DNA from: Tetramitus jugosus
Taxonomy: Eukaryota > Protista > Heterolobosea
Reading direction: 5' to 3'
Assembly (NCBI GenBank): GCA_937625935.1
Contig: OW569374.1
Coordinates: forward strand, 372,001-436,000
DNA length: 64,000 nucleotides
Shown here: piece after piece, positions 40,567 to 50,162 of the stretch
Position numbering within the stretch: the stretch's first letter is position 1
Layout of the letters: every line of letters starts with the position of its first letter
The notes under the pieces: generated by a model
Told to the model about the DNA's origin: nothing
The model's input: the letters and a program-made list of their open reading frames with translations, nothing else
Database searches by the model: none
Program-made: the position numbers and the translations under genes

Positions 40567-43188
40567 TTAGCGACTCATCTCATTCACGATTGTCAATGAC
40601 TCTTGAAGACCTAACCTTTCCTCCATTTTAGCAAGCAGCCCAGATACAAGTCGTGCAAAGAGAGCTGCAAAGTCTGAACCAAAATATTTTGGAAGAGAAT
40701 CCCCGGAAATGTACCTTCCAATCTCATCAATATAATCCATGTAATGCTCCTCATCGGGTACAGGCATGAACCACTCTGTGTTTGTGATTACCAGTCTTGC
40801 ATAATGAGCAAACACAACACCAACAGAAAACAGGTCGTTCATTGGCCCTATAGTTGTATCTATCTTTCGTGCCGCAAATGGTTTTGTTCCATAGGTTATC
40901 CATCTAAAAGCTGTCTGACCCACCTCAAATGTTCTTCCAAAGTTAAAGTCAATCAGTACTGGATCACACAACTCAAACTCTTTTCCTCCTTCGTGATTCT
41001 TCAGAGTTGTACCTGCCAGTCTAAACATCACATTCGACAATGAAAGATCGTGGTGAAGCACACCAACAGAGTGAGTTTGCTTTAATCCTTGTAGAATTCC
41101 CTTGAAAGTGCGACAGATAACCTTCTTCTGTTGAGAAACACTTAAACGACGAAATGAATGATCAAAGTAGTCATCGTAAGCGATTAATGGCTCAGTGATA
41201 GTGACATAACAGAGTGGCTCCACGTCATAAGTTTCAACCATCGTTTTCATCCAATCAGGGAACAAATTGATCTCAAAGTGGCTGTACACTTTGGATATAT
41301 TAACATGGTTTAACTCTTTGATGCGAGCCATTACAGTCTTTTCCCTCGATTCGCCCAATGATATTTTTGCAAATGCACGTCCCTCAGGTCTCATGACCAT
41401 GAATGCGTATGTTCGATCAGTTTTCTCCAACACAGATACTTTGACCAAGTTGAGCTTTCTCTCGATCCTCTGAATGCTGCAATAATAGCTATTCTGAGAG
41501 CAAGGCACCGATGAGTTAGTTCCTGTGTTTGACGAGTTGTCGTTATTAGGATTTGGTTGCTTCGTTTGTGATTTTGGGGGTTCAAAGTCGTGAGATGCAT
41601 CATCTTTAGTATTGGATTCCTCATTATCGCTCTGATCATCTGGCAGGTCGAAGGATAAAGCATGGGCGGATGCTATGTGAGTAGCTGTGACACACATTTC
41701 TTGGTCATCCTCTCGCCAAACCACTATAGATTTGGGAAAACTTGCCTCTCCAAATACATAACAGTCACCTTTCGGTGATTGAACGAGAGCAACGATATGC
41801 TTACGCATTAAAGCAAGAAGTGCAAGCTCGGTACGAGTATCTTGACCCCACCTGTGCGCTATCGTACTCAAGTAAGCCTTCAAGGTCTTCACGTCATTGT
41901 CGCAGACTTGTTCAAACAAGGGAGTTAGTCTCAGAGCACGTAATACTTCACTTCTTGTAACAGTGGCTATATCAATGTCACTATCGTAATATTCTGTGGA
42001 AGGATTTATGCTTGGATATGTCCGTTTGGCAGCAGTTGTTGAAATTTTCTTGGCTTTTGCACTGTTCATCCATTTAAACTCGTCCTCTCCTTTTGCAGGT
42101 TTATAATGGCTCCAATAACTGCAAACTCGATATCCAATTTCCCAAAGGAGCACGAGACAAGCTTTCATATCAGCTGGTTCGTTATACTTGTAAATCTTTG
42201 AATGTTGTAAGCGGTAGTGAACAGCATTCTCTTGATCTTCGCTGACAATTTCAGTTGAGATTGAGAGAATACATAGACCATCAGATCCTGCGAGAATACC
42301 ATACAACTCCAATTTCTTGGCGGCTTCACTGCTTAATGACAAATTTTCAATAATATGCTTGAGCATGCATCGCATCTCAAAACACACTTTCATAAAGTCT
42401 TTGTGAGCAAATATATTACTACCCATCGCACTACGTTGTACTTCAACGGTAAGCACATAGATGGGAGAAAGAGAATTTTGGAAAACAGATGTGAAGGCCT
42501 CACTTAATTCTAAGGTAATATCAGCTCTCAGAAAGTGTTTAGCCTTTGTAGCTAGTTGTGCCCGATTTTCCTGTAAGTGTAGTTCGATTGTAGGACAATC
42601 ATACTTTTGGTCACAGTCAATAATGAATACCTTCGGAATTACTTGCTCCAACGCCCGGACAATCAAAAATCCAACTGTATACGAATGAATTGTTCTCTCA
42701 GAGATACCATGGCACTGTGATATCTGGCTAATAAATGAGAAGGTGTTACTGTGATCTGCCTCCTCAATGTTCTTCTTTGCTTTTTCAAACTCGCCCGAGT
42801 GAAGGACATCATGGGAACTCTTGGTTTCGATAGAGAGTTTCATCAATTCATCAGGATAGTACTTGATGTGCCACGAATTCAAAAATTGTCCCACTACTGT
42901 CTTTGGATCAATTTTATGCGCAGCATTGTGGTTGTCAATGACAGAATCCACATTCTTAAGACTTGGGTTCATGAATAGATCAACTGATAATGGAATTTCT
43001 TCTTCAACTGATTCATAGAGATTTCTAAGTATGGAAATGTTCAATGTGTTCAACTTGTTTGCTATGATTTGCCGTTCCTGTTCTTCATTTGGGGAGGCTT
43101 CCTCATGTGTGCTTGCTATCTTAATCTTTTTTGTTGGATGTTCTCGCACTTCCTTTTCACAACAGGCTATTTCCTTGCGTTTCGTCAT
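40567..43188 (-). CDS. Restriction-endonuclease-fold + protein kinase fusion (Crinkler/CR-effector-like), 873 aa
   Basis: N-terminal NLS PTKKIK; RAD...VEVQR...HKDFMK nuclease-like motif; kinase FAKI...E, VLHHDLSLSNVMF, LIDFNFG, YGTKPFAA, DLFSVG. Confidence 0.75.
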   Translation of the reverse strand: MTKRKEIACCEKEVREHPTKKIKIASTHEEASPNEEQERQIIANKLNTLNISILRNLYESVEEEIPLSVDLFMNPSLKNVDSVIDNHNAAHKIDPKTVVGQFLNSWHIKYYPDELMKLSIETKSSHDVLHSGEFEKAKKNIEEADHSNTFSFISQISQCHGISERTIHSYTVGFLIVRALEQVIPKVFIIDCDQKYDCPTIELHLQENRAQLATKAKHFLRADITLELSEAFTSVFQNSLSPIYVLTVEVQRSAMGSNIFAHKDFMKVCFEMRCMLKHIIENLSLSSEAAKKLELYGILAGSDGLCILSISTEIVSEDQENAVHYRLQHSKIYKYNEPADMKACLVLLWEIGYRVCSYWSHYKPAKGEDEFKWMNSAKAKKISTTAAKRTYPSINPSTEYYDSDIDIATVTRSEVLRALRLTPLFEQVCDNDVKTLKAYLSTIAHRWGQDTRTELALLALMRKHIVALVQSPKGDCYVFGEASFPKSIVVWREDDQEMCVTATHIASAHALSFDLPDDQSDNEESNTKDDASHDFEPPKSQTKQPNPNNDNSSNTGTNSSVPCSQNSYYCSIQRIERKLNLVKVSVLEKTDRTYAFMVMRPEGRAFAKISLGESREKTVMARIKELNHVNISKVYSHFEINLFPDWMKTMVETYDVEPLCYVTITEPLIAYDDYFDHSFRRLSVSQQKKVICRTFKGILQGLKQTHSVGVLHHDLSLSNVMFRLAGTTLKNHEGGKEFELCDPVLIDFNFGRTFEVGQTAFRWITYGTKPFAARKIDTTIGPMNDLFSVGVVFAHYARLVITNTEWFMPVPDEEHYMDYIDEIGRYISGDSLPKYFGSDFAALFARLVSGLLAKMEERLGLQESLTIVNEMSR

Positions 43189-43364
43189 TGTGTGTTAACC
43201 CTCAGTTTTTCACAGTGTAGCACTTGTTTTAGAGGCGAGATTGAAGCGGGAAGGCAAGAACTGGCTATCATGAAAGGTAATTAATTACAACAGTTTCGGA
43301 AGTGGTGCGGGAAGGCAAGAGCTTCTGACCAAGTAAGTCCATTTTTCATCTTGCAAGCGCACTC

Positions 43365-43444
43365 ATGGAACCACCTCTTCCCATTTAGAATCCAAAAGAT
43401 AACTCTTCTGGTGGATGGAGATAGGAGACCCCTCGAGAACCCTC
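43365..43444 (+). repeat. Imperfect direct repeat, copy 1 (copy 2 at 45936-46024)
   Basis: Shared blocks ATGGAACCACCTCTTCCCATTT (22/22), GAGATAGGAGAC and AGAACCCTC in the same order. Confidence 0.85.
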
Positions 43445-43517
43445 CCTTGGTAATGTCGGAAACTACTTTCCTTAAATCCAAAAAACAGAAAAACCGCCAA
43501 TACAAAAAAAACAACAG

Positions 43518-45902
43518 ATGAAAGATGATCAAGTTGATGCATACACCTATGAACTTGTCAATCAAATTGCAAGAGAGCCCAACTGGTCTAGTGCTCCACC
43601 TTTGATTTCCCAGTTGAAGCTCAAGATATCAAGCCAATCCAAGCTCAATCATACCAAGGGTGATGATTCCACATCACTAAAAAACACATTTCAAAGCCAA
43701 TTACAAGAGTGTTTGCGTTGTGGTATTGTGTCTGATATGGATCGAGAGTCCATGAAGGGTTATATCACACTACTGCAAACTATTCTTGGTCGTTTCATGT
43801 CCTGTAAACTGATCCTATCAAGTAGCTCTTCCTCCTCAAGTGTAAGCTCAATAGTGCCTCTGGATCAATATAATAAAGATTTCAAAAATGAGGGTGACCG
43901 TGAGAATGACAACGACAATGGTCCAATGGTGGATGATTGGTTGGTTCAAATGTTTCTTGGTCATCATGATGACAAAACGAATAACAAGGCTTCTCTCATG
44001 GACATGCTTGTCAAGTGCATACGACACAGCATTTTTGAAAGTCAAGAAGAAAATTGTGATGATGAAATCGTCACAGGCAAGCTGATAAAGAAGACAAATG
44101 AAGAGAAGAAAAAGTTGTGGATGGGTGGAATTGAATACATGAATCAATTGTATGACAAGTGGAGTGAAGAACCATACTTTGGGGTTGTAACTCAGAATGA
44201 ACTATTGAAAAAGTTCTTGTTGAGACTGTTCAAGTCGTGCAATGTTCAAACCTTCTACACAAAAGAACAATTGATGAAGGCATATCGTGTCTGGTACTGG
44301 TCTCTCACGCTTGAAGATGTGAGCTATGTTTTGTCTCATGAGCCCACCTTCCAAGAGTTGGACGATGAATCAATGGAGAGTCAATTGGTGTACGTACCAG
44401 CCTACTTTTACGATGGGGAGGCTGAGATATGGACATTGGAGCTAGTTCGTGACGCGTTCTTGGCAAAACGTGAGCAGTTCAAGACAATCGATGATGTGTG
44501 GATGAATAGTATAGTAACTGTTGCTCTCTATACTGTACTTAATAATTTTGAAACGTCTCCGTTGGTCGGGCAGTACTCATCATATTTGTTCCCAGTTCGT
44601 GGCACAATCGATGATTCCTTTTCTTCGATGATATACTTGCTCATGTTGTATCATGGATGTTCTGACAAAGCGATTCAAAACACACACAAAGCAGATATTC
44701 AGCTTGCTGTGACTCAAGGAATGGAAATTGACAATGTTGAAATTAGGATGTTGTGTACTGTTATCCTCGAAATTTTGCATCATGTTGTATTCGCTGACAT
44801 GTTTGAATCGTTGAAACCATGTTTGAGAAATGTGGCCCTGACCTCAACTGATTCTCCTACAAAAAGATTGCTCTGCAATGTTTTGGTTCGGCATGCCAAA
44901 GTGGTCTTTCGAAAGGATACTCCCGTTGCTCATTTCATGATACCATTCATATTCGGTCTTGCTTCTGAACTCTCTGAAAGGCTTGACTTGACATTTTCAT
45001 TGCATTTGTCTAGATTGTTGTGCCAATTCACTGAATATGCCAACATAGAGGCTGACAAGTTGTCATTGTATGTGTGTTCTCTAACAGCCACATTGGAGAA
45101 CAGAGAGAAAGTTTATCTCTCTAATCCTAATGCTTCGTCAAGGAACAAGGTCTTTGAGACATTCCGTGCTATCTCCTTTGTACCAGAAACCGCAATGTTG
45201 ATTGACGCTGATGCTTTGTGTGGCTTCTATCGTGTCATACATCGTTGTTTGACTGCTGAGGATGACACAATCAGAGAAAATAGTTGGGTTCTCTATTCTC
45301 GAGCCATCCGAAACAAAAGTCTCGATTGTATGGAGGAAGTTCACAGAAACTCGCCTGCATGTAACATGAGTTTGTTTTTTTACACATTTTCTTTGATAAT
45401 CGGGGGACCAGTGGAGCTTGGTAAGCTGAAAGCTGGAAGGGCATTACTGATTCAGTATTATCAAGAACAAACTCATGAGGAACTGGAACACTTTCACAAT
45501 CAAATGCTCCCATTCTACTGCGAAAAGTTATCAGAGGGATTGATAAGGTCAACAACAGTTGAATCGAAAGAAGAAGCATTTTTGTCTCTGGGTCTGTTGT
45601 ATTGCATTGCTCCGGATCTGATTCGAAATTCTGATTCATTTCTCATGCAAGCCTATCTTGAAACCTTTGACGAAGGTGAATACTTTGCTAAAATGATCGA
45701 AGATAAACCAACCGATGTTGCTTGCTGGTTGGCGTACTTGGAGCTCACCCTTGATGTTACCTCATTATACGACCAAGATAATCAAGTTAAGTTCATTCTG
45801 AAAGAACTGTACTATACTGACGTTTATCAAAAGAATCAACAACTTCTTCAGCCGCTCGTCTCGCGGCTATGGGTGGGCAGCAGTTCCGCAGAAATTGCTT
45901 GA
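43518..45902 (+). CDS. Hypothetical 794-aa alpha-helical (ARM/HEAT-like) protein
   Basis: Long intronless ORF of Leu-rich amphipathic helices; no catalytic motif recognised. Confidence 0.65.
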   Translation: MKDDQVDAYTYELVNQIAREPNWSSAPPLISQLKLKISSQSKLNHTKGDDSTSLKNTFQSQLQECLRCGIVSDMDRESMKGYITLLQTILGRFMSCKLILSSSSSSSSVSSIVPLDQYNKDFKNEGDRENDNDNGPMVDDWLVQMFLGHHDDKTNNKASLMDMLVKCIRHSIFESQEENCDDEIVTGKLIKKTNEEKKKLWMGGIEYMNQLYDKWSEEPYFGVVTQNELLKKFLLRLFKSCNVQTFYTKEQLMKAYRVWYWSLTLEDVSYVLSHEPTFQELDDESMESQLVYVPAYFYDGEAEIWTLELVRDAFLAKREQFKTIDDVWMNSIVTVALYTVLNNFETSPLVGQYSSYLFPVRGTIDDSFSSMIYLLMLYHGCSDKAIQNTHKADIQLAVTQGMEIDNVEIRMLCTVILEILHHVVFADMFESLKPCLRNVALTSTDSPTKRLLCNVLVRHAKVVFRKDTPVAHFMIPFIFGLASELSERLDLTFSLHLSRLLCQFTEYANIEADKLSLYVCSLTATLENREKVYLSNPNASSRNKVFETFRAISFVPETAMLIDADALCGFYRVIHRCLTAEDDTIRENSWVLYSRAIRNKSLDCMEEVHRNSPACNMSLFFYTFSLIIGGPVELGKLKAGRALLIQYYQEQTHEELEHFHNQMLPFYCEKLSEGLIRSTTVESKEEAFLSLGLLYCIAPDLIRNSDSFLMQAYLETFDEGEYFAKMIEDKPTDVACWLAYLELTLDVTSLYDQDNQVKFILKELYYTDVYQKNQQLLQPLVSRLWVGSSSAEIA

Positions 45903-45935
45903 CAGTGCACATAGGATGTCTACGTTCATACAACA

Positions 45936-46024
45936 ATGGAACCACCTCTTCCCATTTCGAATAGAGAAGTTAAGCATTTTCTGGCTGAGTTAGTATTGAG
46001 ATAGGAGACTACTCAAGAACCCTC
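45936..46024 (+). repeat. Imperfect direct repeat, copy 2
   Basis: See 43365-43444. Confidence 0.85.
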
Positions 46025-46270
46025 AGTGATGTAGGCTTTTTATCTTTCTCCAACTTCCCTCGACTTTATTAAAACGAGACAAAGTGGTGTCCGGTCCACT
46101 AAATTCGAACTTCTCTTTGTCTCTCCATTTTTCAAATCAATTGGCAGCAAATGATACGTTGTCATTTCTCGGAGAGGGATCTCTTGCAACAAAACCAAGT
46201 GCAGCAAAAAATACATGCAAAGAGTTAAAATACAACTAATTTATCAACTTAGATTCAATGTCGAGCAAGA

Positions 46271-47593
46271 CTACTGTGAATCAAGCAGACTTGGAACAAA
46301 GTGCTGAGACTTCACGGAGGAATACTTTGTAATGAAACGATGGTTCAGCAACTCTGATGTGGATGCTCTCTCATTTTCTTGGAAACGCATGCACAATCCC
46401 AGAAAATCAAGTAAGCAAGGACTAAAGCTCTTGCACGTGAACAAATCCTTCAATTCAATGCGTGAGAGATGCTTGCCTTGCTTGATCTTCCGATAGGTGC
46501 TCCTCGAATCTAGACTAAACCAGATGGGAAGTCCCTGCAGACACAATTCCCACAATAGCACACCCAACGACCAAATATCAGACTTTTTGCTAAAGCTGCC
46601 ATTCTTGGAGACCTCAGGAGCCAACTTGTACATACCACCAATATTCCATGGCGACCGATCAATCAAACTATAATTTTCCTTGCTCATCAAGTCAACCTCC
46701 TTCAATTTAAATTGATAATCATCTCCTATCAAAACATTTTTCAAGGAAAGATTTTTGTAACATGTTTGCAGTTCATCATGCACGTATCGCAATCCTAGAA
46801 GCACATGTCGAACAATAACTGAAAGTTGACCTTCCAAAAAATAATTCCGTGAAGAGTCGCGATATCTTGAACGACTCTCATTCCTGCCTCTGCAATTTCC
46901 ATCACTCGTCGTAGCTTTCGGTGAACCACCACTATTCCCGCCAAAATTTTCATTCATGGAACGAATCAGTTCAAACAATGTTCCGTGTTTACAGTGCTCC
47001 ATCTCGACATACACTACAGTGTGTTTTTTCCTTGTTGAGAAATGAGCCAAAGTTCTCTTGTATTGAACAATGTGTCGCCTAGCATTCACATTATCATCCC
47101 TACTACAGTGATCTAGCAGAGAGATTTGATGATCCATTTGAATCATCTTTAGCTTTGAATCAATAACAAACCGGTTGAGCCTGGACACTTGATGAGTGCT
47201 CTTCAATTGAGCAACAATGCAATCACTACCGTTGCTGTTGTTACTCATCATCATGTTGTTAATGTTACAATAATGGTTTTCCAGAATGAAATTTTGTCTG
47301 TTTTGATGCGCAATTCTCTGTTTGAATAGAGTCAATGCCCTTTCATATTTTATCATCTCTGGATCATCGATGGATGTAGTTGCAATATCTTTACAATTGC
47401 AGGATTCATTGTTGTTGTTCTGAGCGTTGTTCTGTTTTTGTTGCTTTTTCCGTCTGAAAAATTTTTGGATGGCCTGAGGCACGAGAGAATAGGTCTGTAG
47501 AGAAGAGGATAAGGTGGGCATGGGTACCAATGTTGCTATTTGTGTGTTTTGCCTTGGTTTTGTTTTTGATAATGTGTTTGTTGCATCACACAA
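46271..47593 (-). CDS. STE-like pseudokinase
   Basis: MEHCKHGTLFELI, LLGLRYVH, LAPEV, KSDIWSLGV and RASTSELLNHRFI retained; HRD is replaced by YKN and DFG by EVD. Confidence 0.8.
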   Translation of the reverse strand: MCDATNTLSKTKPRQNTQIATLVPMPTLSSSLQTYSLVPQAIQKFFRRKKQQKQNNAQNNNNESCNCKDIATTSIDDPEMIKYERALTLFKQRIAHQNRQNFILENHYCNINNMMMSNNSNGSDCIVAQLKSTHQVSRLNRFVIDSKLKMIQMDHQISLLDHCSRDDNVNARRHIVQYKRTLAHFSTRKKHTVVYVEMEHCKHGTLFELIRSMNENFGGNSGGSPKATTSDGNCRGRNESRSRYRDSSRNYFLEGQLSVIVRHVLLGLRYVHDELQTCYKNLSLKNVLIGDDYQFKLKEVDLMSKENYSLIDRSPWNIGGMYKLAPEVSKNGSFSKKSDIWSLGVLLWELCLQGLPIWFSLDSRSTYRKIKQGKHLSRIELKDLFTCKSFSPCLLDFLGLCMRFQENERASTSELLNHRFITKYSSVKSQHFVPSLLDSQ

Positions 47594-47906
47594 TGAAAAG
47601 AAGCTTTTATGTCTGTCTCATCAACCATGCTTTGGTCTCCGGAGGTGTATTTTTTGTGCGACAGGTGACATTGGAGGGAAGTGAGATGTCAAGTGTTCTT
47701 CCAAAAGGGAACCCACTTCCACAAAATAGGTTTTTCGAGACAGAATTTGGTTTTTATGATGCATTGAAACAATCACAGCTCAACAAACACGACATCGCTA
47801 AACTTTTTTGGGATGGAATGCCGAAGCAGCACATGAGAAACCAAAGAGGATATCGACTTTTGTATGTGGCGTCTCCGTAAAACGCTTGAGGATCCTTTGA
47901 TTCGAT

Positions 47907-49814
47907 TTATCTCCTTGTCATGATTCTCTTGGTCTTTGGTTTCATGATTTTCATCAACTCTGGGTCACCAGTGAACATTTCTTGCATTTTAGCAAAGCCA
48001 TCTGGACCGTCAAATTTGCTCATGTCAGTTCCCTTCTTTGCCATCGTTTCATAGAATGACCTCATCTTGTCAAACATTTTCAACATCTTGTTCACTTCAA
48101 TGACATCGACATTGGCACTCCTTGCAATCTGAATACGTCTTGCACTCGAACTCTTAATGATTTGAGGATTTGAGACTTCATCAGGTGTCATATGAGAGAT
48201 GATGGCACCATGTGTTGCAAACGTTTCTTCTCCAGCAATATTCTCCAATGCGCCAGAGTATTGTTGCATCTTTTGACCAATTTCACCAGGCATGTAAGAG
48301 GCCATACTTGCCATACCACCCATCTTCTTAAACATTTGAGTCATTTTCAAGTATTCAGCAAAGTCATAACCAGTCTTTGAAATCTTGCCCATGGTTGCCT
48401 TGAGTGCCTCTGGACTGAATCGATCATCGCCACCAGCAGCAGACATGACACGTCTAGTCATTGCACCAATATCACCCTGTCCCATGATACGATCAGCCAT
48501 ACCTCTCGGATCAAAGATATCCAGAGCGTTCAATCCTTCACCTGTACCAATCAACTTGATTGGCACACCGGTTCTTGCCTTCATTGAGATTGCAGCACCA
48601 CCTCTTGCATCACCATCCAATCTTGTGAGTACGATACCAGACAAGCCCAGATTTTCATGAAACTGCTTTGCAATATTCACAGCTTCATTACCCAACATGG
48701 CATCAGCCACCAACAGAGTTTCCAATCCGTACCCTGGCAAAATCTCGTACTTTAAACTGGAAAAGTGATTGATTCGATTGAGCAACTCATCGTGCACTTG
48801 CTTAATCTCATCCATCATTTGTGTATCGATTTGCATACGACCTGCTGTATCCACCACAATCAACCAATCATTTCTCGCATCATTCTCCCACATTTCCTTC
48901 TCCAAGTAATCCCATGCATGTTTAATGATGGAAACTGGATTGGTTTCTTCAGAGTTGATTGGCAATGATGGTGCATCAATCTGTTGTGCCAATCGCTCCA
49001 ATTGTTGCATGGCAGCTGGTCTATACGTGTCCAACGAGATCAAAAATGGTTTCAATTCTCTTTGATTCCAATTTTGAACTGCAGCAGCAGCAGAATCGCT
49101 TGTCTCTTGTTGTTGTGGCAACTTTTGTTGCTTATTAATCAATTGATAATTCGATCGAGCATATTGAACCAATTTGGCACATGTCGTCGTCTTACCTGAA
49201 CCTTGAGTTCCCGCCACTAAAATCACCGAAATTTTTCCCTTTTCGCGACCTTGTTCCCTCTCTGCTTCACTCGTCTTTGCTAAAAACATGTTGAGCGGAG
49301 AATGTTCCGTACCCAACAAATCAGTCAAATGTTTCTGAACGAGTGCATACACGGTGGCTGCCTTTGGTAGTTCATCAACGACTTTTTGACCCACAATTTC
49401 ATTCTTTAGCTTTGCAATGAATTCGTCTACTACAATCTGAGAAACATCGGATTGGATGAGTGCGAGACGAACGTTACTCATTGCTGCATTGACATCGTTT
49501 TGAGTCAAAAATTTTTTACGGTTGAGACTGTCCATGACATTTTTGATTTTGGAGCTGACGGAGCCTAACATACCAACGGCTTTCATTGTCATGTTGGATG
49601 CATAATATCGTTGTTGTTGTTGTTGAGCATGGTGAGTCATGTGATGTTGATGAGAAAATGTAGTGTTTTTTGATGATGATGATGATGATGATAGGGTGGA
49701 GAAGGAGAGGTGTTGTGTTGATGATGGAACGAGGAGCATTCTTCTGTGGTTGTTGCGACTGCCAACAACAATTGCAGAGTGGCGCAATGCTTTGGATAGA
49801 ATTTGTCTTTTCAT
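47907..49814 (-). CDS. ffh: Mitochondrion-targeted bacterial-type signal recognition particle protein (mtFfh)
   Basis: Presequence (MKRQILSKALRHSA...RYYAS); N domain VRLALIQSDV; GTQGSGKTTT, DTYRPAA, DTAGR, TRLDGDARGGAAIS, GTGE; Met-rich M domain KKMGGMASMASYMPG. Confidence 0.92.
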   Translation of the reverse strand: MKRQILSKALRHSAIVVGSRNNHRRMLLVPSSTQHLSFSTLSSSSSSSKNTTFSHQHHMTHHAQQQQQRYYASNMTMKAVGMLGSVSSKIKNVMDSLNRKKFLTQNDVNAAMSNVRLALIQSDVSQIVVDEFIAKLKNEIVGQKVVDELPKAATVYALVQKHLTDLLGTEHSPLNMFLAKTSEAEREQGREKGKISVILVAGTQGSGKTTTCAKLVQYARSNYQLINKQQKLPQQQETSDSAAAAVQNWNQRELKPFLISLDTYRPAAMQQLERLAQQIDAPSLPINSEETNPVSIIKHAWDYLEKEMWENDARNDWLIVVDTAGRMQIDTQMMDEIKQVHDELLNRINHFSSLKYEILPGYGLETLLVADAMLGNEAVNIAKQFHENLGLSGIVLTRLDGDARGGAAISMKARTGVPIKLIGTGEGLNALDIFDPRGMADRIMGQGDIGAMTRRVMSAAGGDDRFSPEALKATMGKISKTGYDFAEYLKMTQMFKKMGGMASMASYMPGEIGQKMQQYSGALENIAGEETFATHGAIISHMTPDEVSNPQIIKSSSARRIQIARSANVDVIEVNKMLKMFDKMRSFYETMAKKGTDMSKFDGPDGFAKMQEMFTGDPELMKIMKPKTKRIMTRR

Positions 49815-50162
49815 TTTTTTCGTTTTTTTCGTATTGTTTTTTGCTTTTTGATTTTCGGTTGTTTCTCCGGTGGGCCAATTTTTTCCTTTTCGCGCGCACA
49901 GGTGAGCACTTACAGTGCTTCAACTGAACAAATACCAAAGAGTTATGGATGATAACAATGGATTAGGCACCGCACTGACAAAGTGAAACCATGTGACTCC
50001 AATCCAGGTTGGTTTCCACCGAAAAATTCCTTATGACAGGAGGAAAGGACATTTTCGTTAAAAGATAATTGACGAGTTCTTAGAGGTGGTTGGAAATTAT
50101 TCAGATTTATTCAGATCATTACTATCTAATGGAGAATAATAGATGAACAAGTGAGGCTGCGC

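Noticed and set aside
47530-47880. 116-aa plus-strand ORF between the pseudokinase and Ffh
   Set aside because: Non-ATG start, overlaps the pseudokinase start, no family features
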